Source: Acidobacteriota bacterium (lineage in GTDB: Bacteria > Acidobacteriota > UBA6911 > RPQK01 > JAJDTT01). Taken from it: a stretch of 64,000 nucleotides of DNA. This document shows, in pieces, positions 10,675 to 18,700 of the stretch; position 1 is the first letter of the stretch, and every line of letters starts with the position of its first letter. The position numbers and the translations under genes were made by a program. The stretch is taken from NCBI GenBank assembly GCA_965263035.1, contig OZ253580.1, positions 3,488,001-3,552,000 on the forward strand. The letters are read 5' to 3'. The notes under the pieces are model-generated. The model ran no database searches. It had not been told where the DNA came from and saw only the letters and a program-made list of their open reading frames with translations.

Positions 10675-12081
10675 TCACCGCGCCGGTTTCATATCAGCCT
10701 CCCATTTTCCCAGGAGGCCCTTCAATCGATTGGCGGCTTCCGATCGGGATCTGAGCAGGTCGTTCTCCTCGTGGATGTCGCTGGACAAGTCGTACATCCA
10801 TTCCTCCGTCTGTTGCCCCTCAATCTTGCGGACATACTTGAGATCGCTCTCGCGCACGGCCGACCAGGTTCTGTCGCCGCGGCGGCCGCGCCAAAACAAG
10901 GTCCGGTCGAAATCTTCTCGATTCTCCGCCACGTGACCGATGATGTCGTAGCCGTCCAGCCGTTCAGCCGGCACGCCGGCGCCGGCCAATGTGAGGAACG
11001 ATCGAGTCAGGTCGAAGGTCGCCGAGACTTGTCCGCTCCTGGTTTCCGATTCGATTCGACCGGGCCAACGAATGATGAGGGGGACGCGGATGCCTCCTTC
11101 CAGAGTCGTCCCCTTGGCGCCCCGCAAGGGAGCCATATTGGCTGCCCCCTTCAGACCGCCGTTGTCCGAGACGAAGACGACGACGGTCTTCTCTCGGATC
11201 CCCGCTTCGTCGATGGCGGTTAGCAACCGGCCGACTTCCGAATCCATATCCTCCAGCATGGCGGCGTAGGTGGCCGGGTCGCTCTCCATCCAGTTCTCCT
11301 TGGTGACCACCTTGTCCTCGTCCTCAGGCCCCTGAAAGGGGAAGTGAGGGGTTTCGTGGGCCACATACAGAAACATGGGCCGATCTTTGTGCCGCTGGAG
11401 GAAGTCGATCGAAGCGTCGGTAATCAGGTGGGTCATGTACCCCTCCCGATAGACCGGCAATCTCCCGTCGAAGAGAACGTGCAGGTCGCTCAGTTCCCGG
11501 TGGTTGAAGTAGTGTACGTTCCCGCCCTGGTAACCGAAGAACTCGTCCCAGCCGTGCTCCAAGGGGTTGAACTGGGGTTCGTAACCCAGATGCCATTTGC
11601 CGAAGACGCCGGAGACGTAGCCGGCGTCCTTCAAAGCCCCCGGCATCACCGTCTGTTCCGAGGGGAGCCCCAGCTCCCGTTGCTCGGCCAGCCGGATCGC
11701 GTCGTCGTAACGGCCGACGTTGCCGGTGCCGATGGCGCACTCCAGTCCGCCGGCCCGTTGCTGGTAGCGCCCGGTCAAGAGCGCGGTCCGGGTCGGAGTG
11801 CACTCCGGCCCATTGGCGTAATGCTGGGTGAAATGCGCGCCTTCTTTCGCCAAGCGGTCGATGTTGGGGGTCTTGGCCATGGGATGACCGTAAAGTCCCA
11901 GGTCCCCGTAGCCCAGATCGTCCGCCAGGATCAGGACGATGTTCGGCTTTTCCGAAGTCTCAATCGAGGTCTGAACGTCCGGCGCACTCTCGGGAGGACT
12001 GCAGGCAGCGAAACCAAGAAGCAGGAAGGCGAACGATCCAAGCAGGCCGAATGTGGACTGCTGTTTCGCTGGTCGTAACAT
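10675..12081 (-). CDS. Formylglycine-dependent sulfatase, probable lipoprotein
   Basis: PNIVLILADDLGYGD, CTPTR, GKWHLG and SDNGG. Lipobox-like FAAC after a hydrophobic stretch. Confidence 0.92.
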   Translation of the reverse strand: MLRPAKQQSTFGLLGSFAFLLLGFAACSPPESAPDVQTSIETSEKPNIVLILADDLGYGDLGLYGHPMAKTPNIDRLAKEGAHFTQHYANGPECTPTRTALLTGRYQQRAGGLECAIGTGNVGRYDDAIRLAEQRELGLPSEQTVMPGALKDAGYVSGVFGKWHLGYEPQFNPLEHGWDEFFGYQGGNVHYFNHRELSDLHVLFDGRLPVYREGYMTHLITDASIDFLQRHKDRPMFLYVAHETPHFPFQGPEDEDKVVTKENWMESDPATYAAMLEDMDSEVGRLLTAIDEAGIREKTVVVFVSDNGGLKGAANMAPLRGAKGTTLEGGIRVPLIIRWPGRIESETRSGQVSATFDLTRSFLTLAGAGVPAERLDGYDIIGHVAENREDFDRTLFWRGRRGDRTWSAVRESDLKYVRKIEGQQTEEWMYDLSSDIHEENDLLRSRSEAANRLKGLLGKWEADMKPAR

Positions 12082-12134
12082 CGCGTCAGTCTACAGGAAT
12101 CAGGAAGGAGAGGCTGTTCGCTTCGGAGGGGCGT

Positions 12135-12319
12135 AAAACCTATGACGCCTTCAGGGCTGCCGGCGCGCCTGACGACAAGGCCCGAGACGCAGTCGTGGAG
12201 ATTGCGACTTACAAAACCGTCCGGCAAACATCGAAGCGGACGTGAGGCTCCTGATGTGGATGGTCGGTCTGGTTCTGGCCGGCGTTCTAAGCCTCGTTCT
12301 AAAGACCTTTATTTCCTGA
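12135..12319 (+). pseudogene. Frameshifted, start-less remnant of a small coiled-coil + TM protein (DUF1640/CCDC90-like)
   Basis: KTYDAFRAAGAPDDKARDAVVEIATY in one frame continues as NRPANIEADVRLLMWMVGLVLAGVLSLVLKTFIS* in another. The shift is at the A-run near 12213-12216. Confidence 0.6.
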
Positions 12320-12454
12320 CTAATCCTTTCCGACTGACGCACTCTCCGCACGGATGCCCCTTGTCTGAGGGCGTCACCGACGAAATCTTGAAGCCGTTCC
12401 GAATCGCCTGCTCCCCGAAAGGAGAATCCCGTGGTTTCCTATGACCGGTAGACT

Positions 12455-13483
12455 TCACGAGCGGTCCTGTTCGAATGGGTCGGCATCAACCGATTCGAGA
12501 CGAGGGTCTGTGGATTCGAAGTTCACGGGCGATCTGGAGGACCGGTCCACACTGAGCTTGAAGATGTCGAACCGGTTGTACCCGCCCACCACGTCGTGGA
12601 TCTGCTTGGGGGCCACCGTTTGGGAGAGATCGATCTCTGCGTAGAGGAGGCCTTCCTCATCCTGCAGAATCTGGCTGACCGGGGTTCCCTCCGGACCCAT
12701 GACCACCGAGATGCCTCTGGGGCTCCCGTCCAGAATGCTGCCGGCCTCCGGGGTCAGTCGGCCCAGACGGTCCCGGGCCGCCGCATCCAGGAATCCGGAG
12801 GCCACCACGTTGAAGACCTTGCCTTCGAAGGAATGGGCACCGGCCCGAATCAGTATCGCCTGTTTGAGATCGTAGTTGCCGCCGGTGGCAGGATCGCGGG
12901 TGGGCCACAGGGGCGGGTAGGTGGATAGATGGACCTGCTCGCCCTGGGCCAGCAGGGCAAAACGAGCCAGGGGATTGGTGTTCTCCCCGCAAATCAGCAT
13001 CCCCACTCGACCCAGCCGGGTCTCGGACACCTGAAGTCCACTGCCGTCCCCGGGCGCCCAGACCAGTTTCTCGTAGAAGGTCGGAACCAGCTTGCGGTGG
13101 TGGCAGAGCATGTCCCCCCGGTCGCTCAAGAGCAGGTTGGCGTTCCAGAGGCAACCGTCGCTGATTGGCGAGACCTCGTTGAATCCCAGGGAGACGAAAA
13201 TGCCGCTGCGGCGGGCCGCGTCTGCAACCTTGCCTATTTCCGGCCCGTCCACCCGCAGACTGCCGGCAGCGAGTTGGCAGAAAAGATCATGGTTTTCAAT
13301 GGGGGCCTGCAGCGCGCACCAGAGCGGAAAGGCCGGTATGTAGGTCTCCGGGAAGACGATGAGCTGAGCCCCGTTGCGGGCGGCTTCCCCGATCAGGGCG
13401 CAGGCCTTTTCCAGCGTGGCGTCCTTGTCGAGGAACACCGGGGCCACGTGAGCGGCAGCCACCTTGTAGGCCGGAGGTTGCAT
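12455..13483 (-). CDS. Nitrilase (carbon-nitrogen hydrolase family)
   Basis: Catalytic triad contexts FPET, HRKLVPT and LICGEN; C-terminal DVVGGYNRFDIF. Confidence 0.92.
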   Translation of the reverse strand: MQPPAYKVAAAHVAPVFLDKDATLEKACALIGEAARNGAQLIVFPETYIPAFPLWCALQAPIENHDLFCQLAAGSLRVDGPEIGKVADAARRSGIFVSLGFNEVSPISDGCLWNANLLLSDRGDMLCHHRKLVPTFYEKLVWAPGDGSGLQVSETRLGRVGMLICGENTNPLARFALLAQGEQVHLSTYPPLWPTRDPATGGNYDLKQAILIRAGAHSFEGKVFNVVASGFLDAAARDRLGRLTPEAGSILDGSPRGISVVMGPEGTPVSQILQDEEGLLYAEIDLSQTVAPKQIHDVVGGYNRFDIFKLSVDRSSRSPVNFESTDPRLESVDADPFEQDRS

Positions 13484-13687
13484 GGTGAATGGGCGTCTCT
13501 TTCCCGCTCACTCCAGCCGGGCCGCCAGCGCCTCGAGAATTGGATCCAGGAGGCGATTCAGCCGGGTAAAGCGATGGGGATCGGACAGCATCAGGTCGGC
13601 ACTTTGAATAAACGGTCTGTCAACGAGCTCGTCGGCACAGCCGTGAGCCAGGTCCTCAAGGGCTTCCCGGGTGGTCTCAAGGTGGAA

Positions 13688-14701
13688 TCACTTCTCCTCT
13701 CCATATTGTCGCAACATTTCCGCGATTCTTTCCGGGGGCAGCTCACCCCGGTGGATCAGCATTCGGTAGCGCAGCCGGACCGGTGTCTCTTTGGAAATCG
13801 GGACGGGAACCCTTCCGGGGTAAACCTGGTTCTGCATGCTTCTGCCCCGGCGGAGAACCCAGCGGCGGGGCATTCCCGGTGTTTCCGGATGGCAGAGTAT
13901 GGTCAACCCGGAAACTCCGGTCTCGGCGTCGAAGGTGCCGGCCAGATCCATCCAGGGACCAGCCGTCAGCGGGGTCTCTATGGGCTCGAGCTCCCCAATT
14001 TCGCTGGTGAAACGGACGTCATCCGGCAAGCCGAGCCGGATCGTGAAGCCCCCATAGGCCTTCTTTCCCGCGGACCCGCCCAACCGGACACCCTCGACCA
14101 TGGCTTGCAGCCGGATGTCGAAGTCGATGGGACGGACGTCGTCCCGGACGGCGCCCACTTGAATTCTCACTTTTTCCCGAACGATCGGTTTGGGCTCGCC
14201 GTTGGAATCGCGCAGGAAGTGTGATCTCCACCAGACATGGGTGGCGAGGGTCAACCGATTCTTGTCTCCGGACAGAATCTCGATGTCGCGCACATCGAAC
14301 TCGATATTCTCGGCCCGCCACGGATTTCCTGCGGGCTTTCCGTCCACCGTGAGTTGGTGCCACCCCAGGAAAACGCCCCGGTGGTGAAGGTGGTCTTCCG
14401 GAAAATCCTCCGTCAGCACATGGCCGTCCAGTCCATACAGCGGATGAATGTAGTTGGCCCGGGGCATCTTGCCCTGATGAGACTTGGTGCGCCGCTGGTA
14501 AAAAAGGACCGGTTGGCCCCCGTCCGTGATCAAGACGCCCTCTTCGGTTTCCCTGGCATCGAGCGCGTCGAGCTTGGCTCCCACAGCGGTGCCGCCGAGC
14601 GACAGCAGGAGTGGGATCAGAGAGAGTCTGGCGAACCGATTCAAGACAGTTGCGATCGCTCCTGAACTCCGTGGGGGTTGGTGTCGGCATCGAGTATACA
14701 T
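13688..14701 (-). CDS. DUF6807 ('PmoA'-named) family secreted protein
   Basis: YIHPLYGLDG..LTEDFPEDHLHHRG motif and YGGF. Signal-like N-terminus; start uncertain. Confidence 0.75.
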   Translation of the reverse strand: MYTRCRHQPPRSSGAIATVLNRFARLSLIPLLLSLGGTAVGAKLDALDARETEEGVLITDGGQPVLFYQRRTKSHQGKMPRANYIHPLYGLDGHVLTEDFPEDHLHHRGVFLGWHQLTVDGKPAGNPWRAENIEFDVRDIEILSGDKNRLTLATHVWWRSHFLRDSNGEPKPIVREKVRIQVGAVRDDVRPIDFDIRLQAMVEGVRLGGSAGKKAYGGFTIRLGLPDDVRFTSEIGELEPIETPLTAGPWMDLAGTFDAETGVSGLTILCHPETPGMPRRWVLRRGRSMQNQVYPGRVPVPISKETPVRLRYRMLIHRGELPPERIAEMLRQYGEEK

Positions 14702-14705
14702 CGGA

Positions 14706-14797
14706 GAGGAAAGAGGAAAATAGGAAATCAGGAAAGAGAGAAGAGTTCGCGCCAATCCCACTCTTTTCTCTTTGCTCTTTTCTCTTTGCTCCCTCCC
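14706..14797. repeat. Purine-rich 7-8-mer repeats followed by pyrimidine-rich heptamer repeats
   Basis: GAAAGAG-GAAAATAG-GAAATCAG-GAAAGAG-AGAAGAG (14709-14745), then (CTCTTTT CTCTTTG)x2 from 14761. Confidence 0.7.
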
Positions 14798-14817
14798 TTG
14801 CTATTCTGACCCCGGTT

Positions 14818-17106
14818 TTGAAGTCCTCCCTGGCCCTGTTCCTACTGATTCCAGCCTTCGTTCTCGGAGCCGCATTCTGGCATTCCGGTCGATCTCAGGA
14901 ACCTCTCCTCGTTTCCGGGACGGACGCAGGCTACCTTAGTGCCGATTCCTGCCGGCCCTGCCACTCGAACGTCTACGAGACCTACCAACATACGGGGATG
15001 GGGCGCTCCTTCTATCGTATGCGGCCCGAGAAGTCGGTCGAAGACTGGACCGGGAACAACGTCTACTACCACGCGGCCTCGAAACGCTACTACACCATGG
15101 TTGAGCGGGACGGCCGGTACTTCCAGCGGCGCCACCAGATCGGGTTCGGCGGCAAGGAAGTGAACGTGGTGGAGAAGGAGATCCATTTCGTCGTGGGTTC
15201 CGGCAACCGAACGCGGACCTACCTCCACCACTCGCCCGACGGCAAGCTCTTCGAGCTTCCGGTGAGTTGGTACAGCGAGAAAGGGTCCTTCTGGGCCATG
15301 AGTCCCGGATACGACTCCCGTTCCCACCATGGATTCCAGCGGAGAATCCATCACGGTTGCATGTTCTGTCACAACGCCTATCCGGAAATCGAGCCGGGAA
15401 GCGACTCCTTCGGACGGGCCTCCTTTTTCAGGGGGAAAATCCCGGAAGGCATCGACTGTCAGCGCTGCCACGGGCCTGGGCGGAACCATGTCGCCGTGGC
15501 GAAAAAGGCGGACGCCTCGTTGGAAGCGGTTCGGACCAGCATTCGGAACCCGGGAAGGATGAGCCCGGAGCGGCAGATGGAAGTCTGCATGCAATGCCAT
15601 CTGGAGACCACCAGTGCCCGGCTGCCGCCGCTCATTCACCGCTTCGGGCGGGGTGTGTTCTCCTTTCGGCCGGGCGACGAACTGTCGGACTACGTCCTCC
15701 ATTTCGACCATGCACCGGGCGCCGGACATGACGACAAGTTCGTCATCGTCAATGCTGCGTACCGGCTGCGTCAGTCACTCTGTTTCCAGAAGAGCGGCGG
15801 AGCGATGACCTGCGTCACCTGCCATGATCCTCATGACATCCCAAGGGGTGAGAAGGCCGCTCGCCACTACGCGGAGGTCTGCCGGAGCTGCCACGCGTCG
15901 GCGCTCGATGAGCAGATCGCGTCACGAAGGCACACTTCTTCGTCGGGTTGCCTGACTTGTCACATGCCGAAGCGCCGAACGGACGACGTCGTTCACGCTG
16001 TGATGACCGATCACTACATACAGCGCTTCAAGCCGGAGCGGGATCTTCTGGCCCCGTTGGAGGAGGAACCCTTTTACAAGCGGCCGTATCGAGGCGAAGT
16101 GAAGCTCTACTATCCAAGCCAGATCGCAACGCGGGAACGGGACCTCTACCTGGCAGTGGCACAGGTGGAGGACAAGTCCAATCTGGAAGCGGGGATCGAG
16201 AATCTGGAGAGGGCCATCGAGACCCACCATCCGTCAGAGCCCGAGTTCTACCATCGTCTGGGCGAGGCCTATTTCGAGGCGGGACAGTTCGCCAAGGCGA
16301 TTCCCATGTATGAGGAGGCCCTGCGCCGCCAACCCGATCTTTGGACCACCCTTCACCGTCAGGGACTGGCCCTGGCCAGATCGGGGCAGCTTTCCCGAGC
16401 GGTGACCGTCCTGGAACGGGCGTCGCGGAACGATCCGGAACCGGGAGCGATTCTGAACGACCTGGCTCTCCTCCACTGGGAATCGGGGCGCGTCGACCAG
16501 GCCGTGAGGACCTTGAGGGAGGCCATCGAGCCGGACCCGGAGCGCTCGGAGGTCCACAGCAACCTGGGAGCGCTTCTGCTCGAAAGGGGGCTGTTCGGCG
16601 AGGCGGAAACGGCGCTGCGTGAGGCCGTCCGTCTGGAACCGGACCTGCCGGCCGCCCACCACAACCTCGCCACCGTCCTGGTGGCTCGGGGAGACTGGGC
16701 CGAGGCCGAATATCATCTCGAGAGGGCCATCGAAAACAATCCGTCCGACGTTCAGATCTACCTGGACTATGCGGCCATCCTGGCCCAGAGGGGACTCTAC
16801 GAGCGAGCTCGAGGTTATCTGGAGGAAGCCCTCAAGCTGGACCCCAGGCGTCCGGACGCCCACAGTCTATTGGGGGAGATTCTGGCGTCAGACGGCAAGA
16901 TCGAAGAGGCCTTCTCCCATTTCGAGAAGGCTCTTGAACTGAACCCTTCGCATCATCGGACGCACTTCAGTTTCGGTGCCGTCCTCGCTCTCTCGGGGGA
17001 TGTGAAACAAGCCATGAGCCATCTGCGGAAAGCGTCCGAAAGCCCTGATCCCGGAATTCGCCAAGCCGCGCTGGATCTGTTGAGGGAATTGAATCGAGCC
17101 CCGTAG
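14818..17106 (+). CDS. Multiheme (7 CxxCH) cytochrome c fused to a C-terminal TPR array
   Basis: CRPCH, CMFCH, CQRCH, CMQCH, CVTCH, CRSCH and CLTCH, then many TPRs. Probable TTG start at 14818 before a signal/TM segment. Confidence 0.88.
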   Translation: MKSSLALFLLIPAFVLGAAFWHSGRSQEPLLVSGTDAGYLSADSCRPCHSNVYETYQHTGMGRSFYRMRPEKSVEDWTGNNVYYHAASKRYYTMVERDGRYFQRRHQIGFGGKEVNVVEKEIHFVVGSGNRTRTYLHHSPDGKLFELPVSWYSEKGSFWAMSPGYDSRSHHGFQRRIHHGCMFCHNAYPEIEPGSDSFGRASFFRGKIPEGIDCQRCHGPGRNHVAVAKKADASLEAVRTSIRNPGRMSPERQMEVCMQCHLETTSARLPPLIHRFGRGVFSFRPGDELSDYVLHFDHAPGAGHDDKFVIVNAAYRLRQSLCFQKSGGAMTCVTCHDPHDIPRGEKAARHYAEVCRSCHASALDEQIASRRHTSSSGCLTCHMPKRRTDDVVHAVMTDHYIQRFKPERDLLAPLEEEPFYKRPYRGEVKLYYPSQIATRERDLYLAVAQVEDKSNLEAGIENLERAIETHHPSEPEFYHRLGEAYFEAGQFAKAIPMYEEALRRQPDLWTTLHRQGLALARSGQLSRAVTVLERASRNDPEPGAILNDLALLHWESGRVDQAVRTLREAIEPDPERSEVHSNLGALLLERGLFGEAETALREAVRLEPDLPAAHHNLATVLVARGDWAEAEYHLERAIENNPSDVQIYLDYAAILAQRGLYERARGYLEEALKLDPRRPDAHSLLGEILASDGKIEEAFSHFEKALELNPSHHRTHFSFGAVLALSGDVKQAMSHLRKASESPDPGIRQAALDLLRELNRAP

Positions 17107-17282
17107 GGGCGATAGGAGGGGGGACATTCCTGTCCCCCCTCTTCATTGTTGGTCGGGAATCGGCGGTTGGAGAACTCTGCTCCCACGCCGAAATGCGGAG
17201 GGGGGGCTGCCGTCCCCCCCTATACCCCCCAAGAGGGCGACTGGAAATCGCCCCTCCCGGCGGTTGGAAACCGCCGCTCCTA
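17103..17282. repeat. REP-like cluster with five GGAG-hairpin units between convergent genes
   Basis: Units at 17115-17138 (+), 17161-17183 (-, degenerate), 17197-17218 (+), 17235-17257 (-) and 17258-17280 (-). Confidence 0.78.
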
Positions 17283-18656
17283 TCCGAGGAGTTCCGGAAT
17301 GGGCTTCCCGGTCTTGTCCTCGAAGGAGTTGGCGATCTTTACGGGACGTCCGATGGGAGTCATGTACTCCTTGGTCCAGTCGATTCCCATCGCCTTGTAC
17401 ACGGTCGCGAAGATGTCTCCGATGGAAACCTCCCGCTCCGCCACATGGGCGCCCTTCTCGTCGCTGGCTCCGAGCACCTGACCCCCCTCAACTCCGCCTC
17501 CGGACATGAGCAACGTCCAGGCATGGGGCCAGTGGTCCCGTCCACCGCTGGCGTTGTGGTTCGGTGTCCGTCCGAACTCGCCCATGACGATGACCATCGT
17601 CGAGTCCAACATCCCTCTCTCGTCCAGGTCGACCAGCAGGGCGGACAGGGCCTGATCGAGCGGCGGAACCAACGCATCCTTGTGCTGCTTGTCGTTGTTC
17701 CCGTGCGTATCCCACTCGTTGAACTTGTAGCCGGCCGCCGTCACGAAACGGGATCCCCTTTCCGCCAGGCGCCGAGCCAGGAGCACGCTCTGGCCGAAGC
17801 CGTTTCTTCCGTAGGCGTTTCGGACCTTTTCCGGCTCCCGGGTCAGTTCGAACGCTTCCCGGACCTCCGGTGTCAGAATCATCTGCAGCGCCTTCTCACG
17901 GAACCCGTCCATGGCGTTGAACTCGGCCAATTCCACCTTCTTGCGGTAGGCGGAGTCGACCATCTGCAACATCGAAAGCCGGGACTCCAACCGCTCGACC
18001 GGCAATCCCTTGGGGAGGGTCAGATCCGCGACGGCGAAGTTGGGGTCGCAAACCGTGGTGATGTCCTTGAAGCTGCAACCCGTCGGGTCGCCCAGGATCA
18101 GGGGATCGTATTTCGCCCCCAAGTGCGCGCTCTTGAAGAGCTGCTCGTATTGCCGGTCCACGTCGAACTGGGGGGCCAGGACATACGGGGGCATGGTGTT
18201 TATCGGACCCAACTCCTTGGTGATGATGGAGCCGACGCTGGGGAACGCCATGGCCGCACTGGGACGATGCCCGGTGAGCACGTTGTGCGCGCCCTCGAGG
18301 TGATTGGCTTCCTCCGTGCGGACCGACCGGACGACGGCGATCTTGTCCATTTGCTGGGCGACGAGAGGACAGAGCTCCGTCACCTGAATCCCCGGAACGT
18401 TGGTGGAAATCGGCTTGAACGAACTGTTCGGCTTGGGATCGTAGGTGTCGATATGACTCGGTCCACCCTCCAGCCAGAGCAGGATGATCGATTTCGCCGT
18501 GGCCTCCTTCTCGATATCCACTCCCGCACTCGCCATCAGGCTCTTGAACTGAAGGTAATGCGTGAGGTTGGCTCCCAGCAGGCTGAGAGAGCCCAATCGC
18601 AAGAAGTCTCTTCGACTGGCGAGCCTGGCATCCAGGCAACCCACTTTTCTCAACAT
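17280..18656 (-). CDS. DUF1501 domain protein with Tat signal
   Basis: SRRDFL, LEGGPSHIDTYDPKP, LLARRLAERG, WDTH and GEFGRTP..GRDHW. AAGGAG RBS before ATG 18656. Confidence 0.92.
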   Translation of the reverse strand: MLRKVGCLDARLASRRDFLRLGSLSLLGANLTHYLQFKSLMASAGVDIEKEATAKSIILLWLEGGPSHIDTYDPKPNSSFKPISTNVPGIQVTELCPLVAQQMDKIAVVRSVRTEEANHLEGAHNVLTGHRPSAAMAFPSVGSIITKELGPINTMPPYVLAPQFDVDRQYEQLFKSAHLGAKYDPLILGDPTGCSFKDITTVCDPNFAVADLTLPKGLPVERLESRLSMLQMVDSAYRKKVELAEFNAMDGFREKALQMILTPEVREAFELTREPEKVRNAYGRNGFGQSVLLARRLAERGSRFVTAAGYKFNEWDTHGNNDKQHKDALVPPLDQALSALLVDLDERGMLDSTMVIVMGEFGRTPNHNASGGRDHWPHAWTLLMSGGGVEGGQVLGASDEKGAHVAEREVSIGDIFATVYKAMGIDWTKEYMTPIGRPVKIANSFEDKTGKPIPELLG

Positions 18657-18700
18657 CGTTGGCTTCTCCTTTTGCGACTTCGCAAAAAGCCTATAGGCGC

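Noticed and set aside
13685-13690. Selenocysteine read-through at the DUF6807 TGA
   Set aside because: No evident SECIS hairpin or redox motif, and the TGA falls at a plausible domain end.
13688-14701. Methane monooxygenase suggested by the 'PmoA' family name
   Set aside because: Soluble secreted DUF6807-type protein, not a polytopic pMMO subunit; no pmoB or pmoC nearby.
17103-17282. Possible CRISPR array
   Set aside because: Units are inverted, non-identical and irregularly spaced, and there are no cas genes.
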